Assembly (NCBI GenBank): GCA_050700255.1
Contig: JBOHGX010000136.1
Span: 1-58,532, forward strand
DNA length: 58,532 bases
Direction of reading: 5' to 3'
DNA from: Pseudonocardiaceae bacterium
GTDB taxonomy: Bacteria; Actinomycetota; Actinomycetes; Mycobacteriales; Pseudonocardiaceae
Every line of letters begins with the position of its first letter. The first letter of the stretch is position 1. The notes below the pieces were generated by a model, which worked only from the letters and a program-made list of their open reading frames with translations, did no database searches and was not told where the DNA came from. Shown here piece after piece: positions 19,939 through 29,714 of the stretch. The position numbers were made by a program, and so were the translations under genes.

Positions 19939-20808
19939 ATGAACGAGCAGGCCGTCGCGCAGCACTACTCGCGCGGAGGGTTGGAGCAGCAGGTTCTTGA
20001 CCTGCTGACGACGATCGGTGCGGACCTTGAGCACCTGGATCTCGATCAACTGGCACCGGTCGACGAGTTCCATATTGGTGGCCGGTCGGCCACGGTGGAG
20101 TTGGTCAACCAGCTCGACCTCCGACCGGGGTTGCGGGTGCTCGACGTGGGCAGTGGGTTGGGCGGTACTGCCCGTTATCTGGCTCGTCAGCATGCTGTCG
20201 AAGTGACCGGTCTCGACCTGACCATGGAATACGTGCAGGTCGCCGCCTCGCTCACCCATCGAGCCGGACTCGCGGATCTCGCCCGGTTCCGCCAAGGCAG
20301 CGCGACAGAACTGCCGTTTCCCGATGGCTCGTTCGACCGCGCATGCATGCTGCACGTCGGGATGAACATTGCCGACAAGGCGGCCCTGTTCGCCGAGGTC
20401 CGGAGAGTTCTGGTGCCCGGAGGGCTCTTCGGTATCTACGACGTGATGCGCGTCGGGCCAGGTGACATCACCTTTCCCGTGCCGTGGGCCGCTACCTCTG
20501 CCACCAGCTTCGTCGCCGAACCGGAGTACTACCGGGAACTGCTCGCGAAGACCGGCCTCACGGTGCAGTCCCAACGTGACCGGCGGGACTTCGCGCTCGA
20601 CTTCTTCCGCGAGATGAGGGCACGAGCCGCCCAGAGCGGACCGCCCGTGCTCGGCTTGCACATTGTCATGGGCCCAGACGCACCGTTGAAGATCGCGAAC
20701 ATGGTCGACGGTCTGACCCGCGCCGTACTGGCTCCGACCGAGATGATCTGCCTCGCCGAACCTGCCCTCCCGCCATCAGCGGGCAGTCATATGCCCTGTG
20801 ACGGCTGA
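19939..20808 (+). CDS. Class I SAM-dependent methyltransferase
   Basis: Motif I VLDVGSGLGGTARYLA and post-I/II motifs. ATG at 19939; the first 50 codons of the track ORF lack support. Confidence 0.85.
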   Translation: MNEQAVAQHYSRGGLEQQVLDLLTTIGADLEHLDLDQLAPVDEFHIGGRSATVELVNQLDLRPGLRVLDVGSGLGGTARYLARQHAVEVTGLDLTMEYVQVAASLTHRAGLADLARFRQGSATELPFPDGSFDRACMLHVGMNIADKAALFAEVRRVLVPGGLFGIYDVMRVGPGDITFPVPWAATSATSFVAEPEYYRELLAKTGLTVQSQRDRRDFALDFFREMRARAAQSGPPVLGLHIVMGPDAPLKIANMVDGLTRAVLAPTEMICLAEPALPPSAGSHMPCDG

Positions 20809-20842
20809 GCATGACGAGCTGTTGGGGGCGGTTTGTGGCAGG

Positions 20843-23800
20843 TCACGGGCAGGGTGGGCGATAGGGTAGGTCCGGGGAAACGTACTGCTCCCACTTCGCG
20901 GGCGGGAGGGTGTTCCTGGCGGTGGCACAAATTCGCTGGATTGCTTGGTCGACGTTCATCCCCCACAGCCGCACGGTCTGGTCGGCGCTGCCGCTGGTCA
21001 GGGTGCGCCCATCGGAGCTGAACACTACGGCGTTGACGGTGTCGGTGTGGCCGGTCAGGGGTTGACCCAGGGGTGTGGGTTGGGTTGGGTCGGTGACGTT
21101 CCACAGCCGCACGGTCTGGTCGGTGCTGCCGCTGGCCAACGAGCGCCCATCGGGGCTGAAGGCCACCGAGCGAACGGTGTTGGTGTGGCCGGTCAGGGGT
21201 GGGCCCAGGGGTGTGGGGTGGGCTGGGTCGGTGACGTTCCACAGCCGCACGGTCCGGTCGGCGCTGCCGCTGGCCAGGGTGTGCCCATCAGGGCTGAACA
21301 CCACCGCGTCCACGGTGCTGGTGTGGCCGGTCAACAGCGCAGAGGGAATGCCCCACAGCCGAACGGTGCGGTCGTTGCTTGCGGTGGCCAGGGTGCGCCC
21401 GTCAGGGCTGAACACCACCGCGGTGACGTAGTTGGTGTGGCCGGTCAGGGGTGGGCCCAGGGGTGTGGGGTGGGCTGGGTCGGTGACGTTCCACAGCTGC
21501 ACGGTCTGGTCGGCGCTGCCGCTGGCCAACGAGCGCCCGTCAGGGCTGAACACCACCACGCCGGCGGTATTGGTGTGGCCGGTCAGGGGTGGGCCCAGGG
21601 GTGTGGGGTCGGCTGGGTCGCTCACGTTCCACAGCCGCACGGTCTGGTCGGAGCTTCCGCTGGCCAACGAGCGGCCGTCAGGGCTGAAGGCCACCGAGCG
21701 AATGGTGTTGGTGTGGCCGGTCAGGGGTGGGCCCAGGGGTGCGGGGTGGGCTGGGTCGGTGACGTTCCACAGCAGCACGGTCTGGTCTCTGCTTCCGCTG
21801 GCCAACAAGCGCCCGTCAGGGCTGAAGGCCACCGAGTAGACGATGTCGGTGTGGCTGGTCAGGGGTGGGCCCAGGGGTGTGGGGTGGGCTGGGTCGGTCA
21901 TGTTCCACAGCCGCACGGTACGGTCGTCGCTGGTAGTAGCCAGGGTGCGCCCATCAGGGCTGAACACCACCGCACCGACGGTGTCGGTGTGGCCGGTCAG
22001 GGGTGGGCCCAGGGGCGTGGGGTTGGCTGGGTTGACGACGTTCCACAGCCGCACGGTCCGGTCGGCGCTGGTGGTGGCCAGGGTGCGCCCGTCAGGGCTG
22101 AACACCACCCCTCTGACCGAGTCGGTGTGGCCGGTCAGCGGAGTAGATAAGGCGGCGTTCGCATCGGTAACCAGGGCCGTGTAGAGGTCCGGAGTCGGCC
22201 GCATGCGGTAGGCGGTGAGGTCGAGTTGCGCAGCCAAGGATACGTCAGTGCTGCGCTGCCGGTCAGCCTGGGAGATGATCTGGTTGAGGGTCGCGGTGTC
22301 GCGTTCCCGCTGTGCGGTGGTGCTTTGTTGAAGGGCAACGACCGCGGCTCCCGAGGCGATCAGTGCCAGCCCGGACAGCACGACGAGCACCGCGCGGCGC
22401 AGCCTGACGGTGCGGCGTTCCTGTGCTGTGGACGCGGCGAGAAATGCGGACGCAGCGGCGCTCAGGTCGGTCTCATGCGACTTCGAGGTCGCCCAGCTGC
22501 GGGCTGCTTCCAAGCGGCTTCCCCGGTACAGCCCAGCGGTATCGCGGCGGTCCCGGTCCCACCCAGCGGCGGCGTCTTCGAGTTCTTGGCGGATCAGGTT
22601 GCCAGCGCGGTCGGTGTCGATCCACTGGCGTAGTCGTGGCCAGGCGCGCAGCAGCGCCTCGTGGGTGATCTCCACACTGGCGGTGTCAAAGGTGAGCAAC
22701 CTCGCCCGGCCAAAGATCTCCAGCACCATGTCGACCGCGTCGGCAGACTCCGGCAGCGGCAGTGCCTCGACTAGCCATGCCCGAGGTAACCGGCGGCGGG
22801 TATCCCCGCTTGCGCGTTGGTCACTCACGTTGACCAGGCGTAGGAAGACCTGCTGGGCGACCTGCTGCTCGGCTGGGGTCAACCGAGTATATGAGCGTTC
22901 GGCAGTCGTGGCCAACGCCTGGCGAATCCCGCCCGTGCGCCGGTAGCCGGCCACCGTCAACATCTGGCCGTCGCGTTGTTGCCAGGTCGTCCGCAGCGCG
23001 TGCGCCAGGAGTGGCAGCGCCCCCGGGTCATAGCCGGCCGCATCGGCGTCGGCATCGTCGGTTAACCCGAGATCCCGCAGCAGCAGCTCGACCAGTCCCG
23101 GCTCCAGGCCCCGGCCCTCGGTCTGAGCCGGGCGAGTGATGACCTCGCGGAGCTGGCCTGCGCTCATCTGTTCCAGCGGCAGGTGCCCCTGCAGCACGGC
23201 CGACACGGCGCGGGAGCCCAGGCATTGGCCGTAGAAATCCGCCCGCACCCCGAGTACGACCAGCGCCGCCGCGTTGTGCGCCGCGGAATCCAGCGCGGCA
23301 ACGAACGCCTGGCGTTCGGTCTCCTGCCGGCATTCGGTGAAGATCTCTTCGAACTGATCGACGATCAGCACGATCCGCGGTGACCTGGGTGCTTTGTGCG
23401 GTTTTCCGTCGGTTACCTCCTGGTTGAGGAATGTGGCGAATCGGTCCGGATCACCAGCGACCACAGCCGCAACAGCCGGGTCGGCCCCGGTCACGGCGAC
23501 CACCCGGTCCACCAGGGCTGCCAGCGGATGTGCACCTGGAGTGGCGGTCACCACCAGCCAGTTGCGCGAGCCCGGCAATGCTCCACCGGCCAGGGCCGGG
23601 ATCAGCCCGGCGGCTAGCAGCGAGGATTTGCCCGCGCCGGAGGGGGCCACCAGCGCCAACGGCCCGCCTCCACCGAGGCGTTCATCGAGCCGGGCGACCA
23701 GATCAGCGGTGACCTGCGCTCGGCCGAAAAACCAGCGGGCCTGTTCGGGGCCGAACGCGGCCAGCCCGGGATACGGGCACAGATCGATGTCTGATTCCCC

Positions 23801-24040
23801 TCGCGCGGGCACGAGGGCGGCCAGCATGCCGCCGGTTCCCAAGATCTCATCAACGCTGTGCGCCACCTCAGAGGTGAGCCGCTTTTCCCCGCTTTCGAGT
23901 TTGCTCAAATAGCTCTTGCTGTAGTTCACCTTCGCCGCAAGCGCCGTGAGCGACAGTTTCCGCTCAATACGCAACCGGCGCAGCTCGGCCCCAGCGTTGC
24001 GCGAATCTTCCACACCGGGGGTGTCCTCGGTGTCATCCAT
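20843..24040 (-). CDS. XRE-type HTH + STAND/NACHT-like P-loop NTPase + single TM helix + nine WD40 repeats (NLR-like architecture)
   Basis: HTH LRRLRIERKLSLTALAAKVNYSKSYLSKLESG. Walker A APSGAGKSSL and Walker B IVLIVDQFEE. Hydrophobic AVLVVLSGLALIASGAAVVAL. Nine LTGHT..V..V.FSPDGR.LA..S.D.TVRLWNV.DP repeats. ATG at 24040 downstream of GAGGAGGTGG. Confidence 0.9.
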   Translation of the reverse strand: MDDTEDTPGVEDSRNAGAELRRLRIERKLSLTALAAKVNYSKSYLSKLESGEKRLTSEVAHSVDEILGTGGMLAALVPARGESDIDLCPYPGLAAFGPEQARWFFGRAQVTADLVARLDERLGGGGPLALVAPSGAGKSSLLAAGLIPALAGGALPGSRNWLVVTATPGAHPLAALVDRVVAVTGADPAVAAVVAGDPDRFATFLNQEVTDGKPHKAPRSPRIVLIVDQFEEIFTECRQETERQAFVAALDSAAHNAAALVVLGVRADFYGQCLGSRAVSAVLQGHLPLEQMSAGQLREVITRPAQTEGRGLEPGLVELLLRDLGLTDDADADAAGYDPGALPLLAHALRTTWQQRDGQMLTVAGYRRTGGIRQALATTAERSYTRLTPAEQQVAQQVFLRLVNVSDQRASGDTRRRLPRAWLVEALPLPESADAVDMVLEIFGRARLLTFDTASVEITHEALLRAWPRLRQWIDTDRAGNLIRQELEDAAAGWDRDRRDTAGLYRGSRLEAARSWATSKSHETDLSAAASAFLAASTAQERRTVRLRRAVLVVLSGLALIASGAAVVALQQSTTAQRERDTATLNQIISQADRQRSTDVSLAAQLDLTAYRMRPTPDLYTALVTDANAALSTPLTGHTDSVRGVVFSPDGRTLATTSADRTVRLWNVVNPANPTPLGPPLTGHTDTVGAVVFSPDGRTLATTSDDRTVRLWNMTDPAHPTPLGPPLTSHTDIVYSVAFSPDGRLLASGSRDQTVLLWNVTDPAHPAPLGPPLTGHTNTIRSVAFSPDGRSLASGSSDQTVRLWNVSDPADPTPLGPPLTGHTNTAGVVVFSPDGRSLASGSADQTVQLWNVTDPAHPTPLGPPLTGHTNYVTAVVFSPDGRTLATASNDRTVRLWGIPSALLTGHTSTVDAVVFSPDGHTLASGSADRTVRLWNVTDPAHPTPLGPPLTGHTNTVRSVAFSPDGRSLASGSTDQTVRLWNVTDPTQPTPLGQPLTGHTDTVNAVVFSSDGRTLTSGSADQTVRLWGMNVDQAIQRICATARNTLPPAKWEQYVSPDLPYRPPCP
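20960..22138 (-). repeat. Nine tandem coding repeats (138-bp period, one 114-bp unit) encoding the WD40 blades; very high nucleotide identity between units
   Basis: Long shared strings such as ggtcaggggtgggcccaggggtgtggggtgggctgggtcggtgacgttccacagccgcacggt recur near 21190, 21440, 21710 and 21855 on the plus strand. Confidence 0.95.
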
Positions 24041-24666
24041 AGCGACTCTGGCCACCTCCTCGACGTGTGTCTTACCGACATCTGCTCTGCAGGCGCCGGT
24101 GCTCGGCGTATCCGAAAACACGGCTACTACCCGCCACGAGGAGCGTACCGGTCACAAGCCATAGCGAGAGGCCGCGCCGGTGCCGGAACCTCGCCGGGGA
24201 CATCGGGACCCTTGGGGGCAGGCCGTCCTTCCCTAATCGTCGTGCGGCCACCGACTACGACGGGCCGCTTCGCGGTGTGTGGCGTCCGGAAATTCCGATC
24301 ACATTGGTGCCCATGGGGGTTGACCGGTGTACCCGCCACCGTGGTGGCGTGGTCAACCCTCGACAGCGGCGCTCCGGCCAGCAACGTTGGGGTTGTCCCG
24401 GCACCTGGGCACGTCGAAGGGCCCTGAACCACCCACTGGGACAACCGAGGCGAGTAGAAGGCGACCATGCGTAGACATCCAACAGGCCACCAAGCCAGTA
24501 AGGAGTAAGAAAAAATAAACCGGAACAGGTGGCCATTCAGAAGTCGCTCTTTCGGGAAATCGGAGCCAGAATCGAGTTCGTCGGCCTGCCGTCTATGGCG
24601 GCCCGACCCGATCCGGAGTCCGGTGCTCGCCCGCCGATACCCCGGAGGTATCCCGTTAATTCCCGC

Positions 24667-24713
24667 AAGGAGGACCTATTGTGCAAACCATACCCATTAC
24701 TACGAAAACTTAG
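24667..24713 (+). promoter_or_regulatory. Candidate 10-codon upstream ORF with a consensus SD in the SARP leader
   Basis: AAGGAGG (24667-24673), 7-nt spacer, then GTG CAA ACC ATA CCC ATT ACT ACG AAA ACT TAG (24681-24713). It ends 48 nt before the SARP ATG and lies in an AT-rich patch. Confidence 0.3.
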
Positions 24714-24761
24714 TGCGGACGCTATCTATCTCAGAAGCTGACCGGGATCGGAGACACAGCC

Positions 24762-25559
24762 ATGCAGATCAAGATCCTTGGACCGCTCGAAGCACGCGAA
24801 AACGGCATGTCGATCACGCCGGTCGCCCGCAAGCCGCGCCAGGTTCTCTCGCTACTGGCCTTACAGGCAGGCTCGGTGGTGACCGTGTCGTCCCTCATCG
24901 AGGAGCTGTGGGGCACGAAACCACCGGCGAGCGCGCTCACCACGCTGCAGACCTACATCCTTCAGGTCCGGCGCGGGATCGCCGCCGCACTCGGCTCGAA
25001 CGACAACGATCCCGCAAAGGATGTGCTCCGGACGTGTTACGGCGGTTACCTGCTCGACGTGGACCCCGGTGACGTCGACATGTACGTCTACGAACGGCGC
25101 GCCGCCAGCGGCAAAAAGGCCTTTGCGCACTCCGACCTCGAGCTCGCGTCGGCACTGTTGCGCCAGGCCCTCGACATGTGGCGGGGGGAAGTGCTCGTGG
25201 ACGTGCATGCAGGGCTGCGGATCGGAATGGAGGTGGCCCGGCTGGAGGAGAGCAGGCTCGGTGTGCTGGAGGCTCGAATCGAGACCGATCTGCGCCTGGG
25301 CAGGCAGGCGAACCTGCTTGCGGAGCTGTCGATGCTCACCGCTCTCTATCCGATGCACGAGAACTTCAGCGGTCATTTCATGCTCGCCCTCCACCGCTGT
25401 GGCCGGAAGAGCCAGGCGCTGGAGGTTTTCATCAAACTACGCAAGACCCTGGTCAACGAGCTCGGTATCGAACCATCGGCGCGCCTGCAGCGCCTGCAGC
25501 AGGCGATCCTGCGCTCGGACCCGGGCCTCGACGCGATCCGGCTGCTTACACCGGCATAG
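24762..25559 (+). CDS. dnrI: SARP-family pathway-specific activator (DnrI/AfsR/RedD type: OmpR-like winged helix + BTAD)
   Basis: [34 protein letters not shown]... plus the BTAD region [13 protein letters not shown]. Followed directly by the dnmJ-like aminotransferase, as in S. peucetius. In-frame TTA at codon 34 (24861-24863). Confidence 0.92.
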   Translation: MQIKILGPLEARENGMSITPVARKPRQVLSLLALQAGSVVTVSSLIEELWGTKPPASALTTLQTYILQVRRGIAAALGSNDNDPAKDVLRTCYGGYLLDVDPGDVDMYVYERRAASGKKAFAHSDLELASALLRQALDMWRGEVLVDVHAGLRIGMEVARLEESRLGVLEARIETDLRLGRQANLLAELSMLTALYPMHENFSGHFMLALHRCGRKSQALEVFIKLRKTLVNELGIEPSARLQRLQQAILRSDPGLDAIRLLTPA

Positions 25560-25588
25560 ACCGATATCGCCGTCTCAGGGGAGACCAC

Positions 25589-26797
25589 GTGTCCACTTAC
25601 GTGTGGGGTTATCTGGAGGAGTATCACCATGAGCGTGCCGACATCCTGGACGCCGTGGGGACCGTCTTCGAATCCGGCCAGCTGGTGCTGGGCGAGAGCG
25701 TCCGTTGCTTCGAGCAGGAGTTCGCCGCTTACCACGGCCTGCCGCACTGCGTAGGTGTCGACAACGGCACCAACGCCATCGCGCTGGGCCTGCAGGCGCT
25801 GGGAATCGGCCCCGGCGACGAGGTGATCACCGTATCGAACACGGCCGCGCCGACCGTGGTGGCGATCGACGCCGTCGGCGCGACACCGGTTTTCGTGGAC
25901 GTGCGCCCTGAGGACTACCTCATGGATACCGACCAGGTGCGGGCCGCGATCACCCCCCGGACCCGGTGTTTGCTGCCGGTGCACCTCTACGGCCAGTGCG
26001 TGGCCATGGCCCCGCTGCTAGACCTCGCCGCCGAGCACGGCCTCATGGTGCTCGAGGACTGCGCGCAGGCACACGGCGCACACCACCACGGGCGGATCGC
26101 CGGGACGATGGGCAATGCGGGGGCATTCTCCTTCTACCCCACGAAGGTCCTCGGCGGCTACGGCGACGGGGGTGCCACGATCAGCTCCGACGAGCAGGTC
26201 AACCGCAACCTGCGCCGCCTGCGTTACTACGGGATGGAAACGCAGTACTACGTGGTCCAGACCCCTGGGCACAATAGCCGGCTCGACGAGGTACACGCCG
26301 AGATCCTGCGCCGCAAGCTCAGCAGGCTCGACAACTACATCAACGGGCGGCGGGCGGTCGCTCGACGCTACCGGGACGGGCTCGGTGACCTCCCGGATCT
26401 CGCCCTGCCGGCGATCGCCGAGGGCAACGATCACGTCTACTACCTGTACGTGGTTCGCCACCCCGAACGGGACCGGATCCTGGAGGCGCTGACGGCCTAC
26501 GACATCCATCTCAACGTCAGCTACCGCTGGCCGGTGCACACCATGACCGGGTTCGCGCACCTGGGGTACGCCAACGCTTCGCTGCCGGTCACCGAGTGGC
26601 TGGCCAACGAGATCTTCTCCCTGCCGATGTACCCGTCGCTGCAGACCGACGTTCAGGACAAGGTGATCGATGCCCTGCGGGAGGTCGTCGGCAAAGGCGA
26701 GCCGGCCCGATCGGCGCACCAGGCAGACACCGTCCTTACACACTTTCTGCACGGTCCGACATCTGCCACATCGCACCCACCGAATCTCGCAGGCTGA
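25589..26797 (+). CDS. dnmJ: DegT/DnrJ/EryC1/StrS-family PLP aminotransferase (NDP-3-keto-6-deoxyhexose 3-aminotransferase)
   Basis: GTG at 25589 after GGGGAGA. Family blocks [38 protein letters not shown] (PLP Lys). The last 30 or so codons overlap the convergent ketoreductase gene by 62 nt. Confidence 0.9.
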   Translation: MSTYVWGYLEEYHHERADILDAVGTVFESGQLVLGESVRCFEQEFAAYHGLPHCVGVDNGTNAIALGLQALGIGPGDEVITVSNTAAPTVVAIDAVGATPVFVDVRPEDYLMDTDQVRAAITPRTRCLLPVHLYGQCVAMAPLLDLAAEHGLMVLEDCAQAHGAHHHGRIAGTMGNAGAFSFYPTKVLGGYGDGGATISSDEQVNRNLRRLRYYGMETQYYVVQTPGHNSRLDEVHAEILRRKLSRLDNYINGRRAVARRYRDGLGDLPDLALPAIAEGNDHVYYLYVVRHPERDRILEALTAYDIHLNVSYRWPVHTMTGFAHLGYANASLPVTEWLANEIFSLPMYPSLQTDVQDKVIDALREVVGKGEPARSAHQADTVLTHFLHGPTSATSHPPNLAG

Positions 26798-27707
26798 TCC
26801 GCGGCTCCCAGGACAGCAGCCGACGGGCGAGACGGATGTCCAGCTGGGTCCAATCGCCGCCCTTGCTCTCCACCCGCTGGTGTCGGTACGTGATCATGCT
26901 GCGAGGGAACTCGGCCGCCTCGATGAGCCACTCCACCAAGGCACCGATCGGCACGGCCTCCCCACGTCCGACGTTGACGACGCGGCCGTCCACGGGGGCC
27001 TCGCCGGCCCGCACGATCGCGGCGGCGACGTCCCGGACGTCGATGAAGTCTCGCCGGGCGTCGGCGATGTTCAATTCTAGAACCTGATCGGCGGCCCGTG
27101 CGGCGTGCAGCCTGCCGATCAGTGTCGCCAAGAAGCTCTCCCGGGGCGGGTACGGCCCTGACATGTTCGCCGCCCGCAGCACGACCGCGTTCACCGCTCG
27201 TGCTCGCGCCACCCGCAGAACCGCCTGCGACACCGCGAGTTTGGTCCGGGCGTACGGGGTAATCGGATGCGGCGGGACCTCCTCATGCAGCAAGGTTCCC
27301 CGGGGAACGGGGCCGTACTCGTGGACCGAACCGATGTGCACGAGCCGCGGACGTTGCGGAAGCATCGCGACGGCCTCCAGCAGCCGGTCGACCAGGCGGA
27401 CGTGCGAATACGTCATCTCCTTCTCGGTGTCCCCCCACCCGCCTGCCGCGTTGACCACCACTTCCACCGGGCCGTCGCCGAGCAGATCGGCGATTTGCCG
27501 CGGGTCGGTCGCGGCGAGATCCATGGCGACGAATCGGTAGTCGGCAACGTGCGGCGCCCACCAGCGGGCCACTCCGAGGACCTCCCAACCCCGCTCCGCG
27601 AACGCAAGGCAGACCTGCCTGCCGACGCTGCCGGTGGCGCCGAGCACGGCGACCTTCGCCGGGGCCGGGCAGGCCTGGTTCGACACGGCTCCTCCCGAAA
27701 CAATCAT
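26736..27707 (-). CDS. dnmV: NAD(P)-dependent NDP-hexose 4-ketoreductase (extended SDR)
   Basis: [14 protein letters not shown] Rossmann motif and YARTK catalytic pair. ATG at 27707 overlaps the epimerase stop as ATGA. Third gene of a dnmZUV-like operon. Confidence 0.85.
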   Translation of the reverse strand: MIVSGGAVSNQACPAPAKVAVLGATGSVGRQVCLAFAERGWEVLGVARWWAPHVADYRFVAMDLAATDPRQIADLLGDGPVEVVVNAAGGWGDTEKEMTYSHVRLVDRLLEAVAMLPQRPRLVHIGSVHEYGPVPRGTLLHEEVPPHPITPYARTKLAVSQAVLRVARARAVNAVVLRAANMSGPYPPRESFLATLIGRLHAARAADQVLELNIADARRDFIDVRDVAAAIVRAGEAPVDGRVVNVGRGEAVPIGALVEWLIEAAEFPRSMITYRHQRVESKGGDWTQLDIRLARRLLSWEPRISLRDSVGAMWQMSDRAESV

Positions 27708-28321
27708 CGGAGGTACTGCCGGGGCCACAAGACCTCTTCGGCGGCAACGCAGGCGACGTAGTCCGGCAGTGCGCCGGCCGCTCTCGCGGCTTCCATGGTC
27801 GGGGCGGCGCTGTCCCGCTCGGAAAGAATCGGCACGAAGCCGGTGGGGATGGGCAAACCGAGTGCCGGGTCGAGGGCCGACACGGCGAGCTCGTGCTCCG
27901 GCACATAGCTCCCGGACAGCATGTAGACCATGACGGTGTCGTCCTCCAGGGCGAGGAAGGCATGGCCGACGCCGACAGGGAAGTACATCGTGCGGAAGTG
28001 CTTCTGGTCCAGCAGAACAGCGTCCCAGAAACCATAGGTCGGCGATCCAGCCCGGACGTCTACCACGATGTCCAGCGACCTGCCCCGCGCGCAGTACACG
28101 TACTTGGCCGTCCCCGGCGGGGTCACCGTGTAGTGGATGCCGCGGATCACTCCACATCGGGACCTGCTGTGGTTGGTCTGCTTCACCGGGAAGAGTGGGT
28201 GACCGACCGCGGCCTCAAAGATCGGGTGCTGAAACGGTGACACGAAAAGGCCACGGTCGTCGGGGAAGACTTCCGGGACGAACTCGAACGCACCTTCCAC
28301 CGCGAGTTCACGCGCTTCCAT
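27704..28321 (-). CDS. dnmU: dTDP-4-keto-6-deoxyhexose 3,5-epimerase family (RmlC fold)
   Basis: 205 aa. F.DDRG.F, VIRGIHY and HAFLALEDDTVMVYM are typical RmlC/DnmU/EvaD blocks. Confidence 0.9.
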   Translation of the reverse strand: MEARELAVEGAFEFVPEVFPDDRGLFVSPFQHPIFEAAVGHPLFPVKQTNHSRSRCGVIRGIHYTVTPPGTAKYVYCARGRSLDIVVDVRAGSPTYGFWDAVLLDQKHFRTMYFPVGVGHAFLALEDDTVMVYMLSGSYVPEHELAVSALDPALGLPIPTGFVPILSERDSAAPTMEAARAAGALPDYVACVAAEEVLWPRQYLR

Positions 28322-29528
28322 GACTGTTCTCTCCGAGCGCTTGGTCGCTGAGGTAGTCGACGCCGTCGATGAAGTTGAACGGATGCATGAAGCCGCCCGC
28401 CCGCACGTCCCGGTACAGCCTCGACAGTGGGTGAGAACCGGTGTAGGCGGCGCCGCCCACGATGACCAGACAGTCGTCCACGATGTCGACCGCGAGTCGG
28501 TTGACCATCATCTTGGCGTACTGGAACGGTGTCATCATTGACCGGCCACGCTCGCCAAGGTCGCCGCTGAGGTCACCGGAGAGCCGGTCGGCGTTGACTA
28601 GCGCAGCGGTCACCGTGGCCTGTACGGCATAGAGCCGGGCGTCGATCCGCGCGATCATGGTCCGTGTCGCGGCCTTGACGCGTCCCCTCCGGCGCAAGGT
28701 CTCCACGGCGATCGCGCGCGCCGCCTCGGCCAGGCCGAAGTAGATACCGAGCATGGTGATCGAGCTGACCGTCTGGCCCGCCAGAGCCGCGTCGTTGCGC
28801 TCACCGAGCACGCCACGCGGCAGGACGTGCTCCTCCGGGATCGGGCATCCGTCGAACACGATGTCGACGCTGCCCGACGAGCGCATGCCCATCCCGTCCC
28901 AGTTGTCCAGCACGCTCAGGCCTGGACACTGCCGCGCCACCACAGGAGCGGCCATCATCACCGGGCGGCCTTCGACATAGACCGGAGCCGAGACCACGAA
29001 GTGGGTGGCGATCCCGGCCATGCTCACCAGCGTCTTGCGCCCGGTCAACGAGTAGGTACCCGGGCCGGCCGGCGTGAGCGCGGTGACCGTGCTCGCGTCC
29101 TTGACGGCGCCGCACACCACCGCCTCACCGGCCCCCATCCGTCCCAGGAGCCCTTCGGCGAGCCTGCGCGCCGGCGCCGAACCGTGCTGCCATTCGTAGT
29201 TCAGCGTCAGGCCACGGCTGAACTGCATGTGCAGCGCCAGCGCGACGCCGGCGTCGGCCTTGGCCACCTCGCCGAGCACCAGCGCGACGTCGTGCAAGCA
29301 CCACAGCCCGAGGCCACCGTGCTCGATGGGAACGGTGGCTCCGAGTATGCCTTCCTTGCGCATCCGTTCGATCAGATGCACCGGGAAGGTGGCGGTGCGG
29401 TCGTTGTCCGCGGCCTCCGCTGCCAACGCAGGCAGCTGCGGGTGCAGGACGTCGAGCACCTGGCGCCCCTCGGCCGTCAGTGGTTCGCGCAATCCATCCG
29501 TGGTGACGGACATGAGCTCTACTGGCAT
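28308..29528 (-). CDS. dnmZ: Acyl-CoA-dehydrogenase-fold flavoenzyme, amino-sugar N-oxygenase (nitrososynthase, DnmZ/ORF36/KijD3/RubN8 type)
   Basis: 406 aa from MPVELMS (ATG 29528, SD GGAGAA). ACAD-like blocks. First gene of the Z-U-V order. The upstream 270 codons of the track ORF are rejected. Confidence 0.75.
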   Translation of the reverse strand: MPVELMSVTTDGLREPLTAEGRQVLDVLHPQLPALAAEAADNDRTATFPVHLIERMRKEGILGATVPIEHGGLGLWCLHDVALVLGEVAKADAGVALALHMQFSRGLTLNYEWQHGSAPARRLAEGLLGRMGAGEAVVCGAVKDASTVTALTPAGPGTYSLTGRKTLVSMAGIATHFVVSAPVYVEGRPVMMAAPVVARQCPGLSVLDNWDGMGMRSSGSVDIVFDGCPIPEEHVLPRGVLGERNDAALAGQTVSSITMLGIYFGLAEAARAIAVETLRRRGRVKAATRTMIARIDARLYAVQATVTAALVNADRLSGDLSGDLGERGRSMMTPFQYAKMMVNRLAVDIVDDCLVIVGGAAYTGSHPLSRLYRDVRAGGFMHPFNFIDGVDYLSDQALGENSHGSA

Positions 29529-29714
29529 GGTGTTCTCCGGTATCACTCCGCGGGAAATCGGATCGACTGGGCACCTCGACGCCAGCGTGGCGCCGGCCCG
29601 TGGAACCTCGCTTGAGAAGGAGTCCCGGTCGCTTGATCCACCAGCGCTCCAACCTTGCTCGAGGACTTGCCGGTGTGCTCGAAAGCGAACAGCCGGACGA
29701 GCGGAGGAGAGCCG

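Noticed and set aside
20960-22138. Possible CRISPR array or other non-coding tandem array (138-bp repeats); also the 30-bp repeats at 17464-17550
   Set aside because: Both arrays are in frame within ORFs, have no unique spacers between repeats, and encode recognisable protein repeats. No cas genes are present.
20945-22150. 401-aa plus-strand ORF with a striking GVGVAGQGWAQGCGVGWVGDVPQPHG periodic repeat
   Set aside because: It is the antisense reading of the WD40 repeat array. The periodicity is inherited from the minus-strand gene, which has clear WD40 signatures and continuity with the NTPase.
24529-24741. 70-aa ORF (MAIQKSLFREIG...) in the SARP upstream region
   Set aside because: Low GC3, no SD at a suitable distance (AAGGAG is 22 nt away), and no recognisable motif. 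It overlaps the better-supported mini-uORF in another frame.
24861-24863. TTA codon in the SARP gene as a special bldA-type switch
   Set aside because: As a SARP-specific signal it does not hold. TTA codons turned out to be present in at least ten other cluster genes and in several accessory genes, so it is reported only as a distribution pattern.
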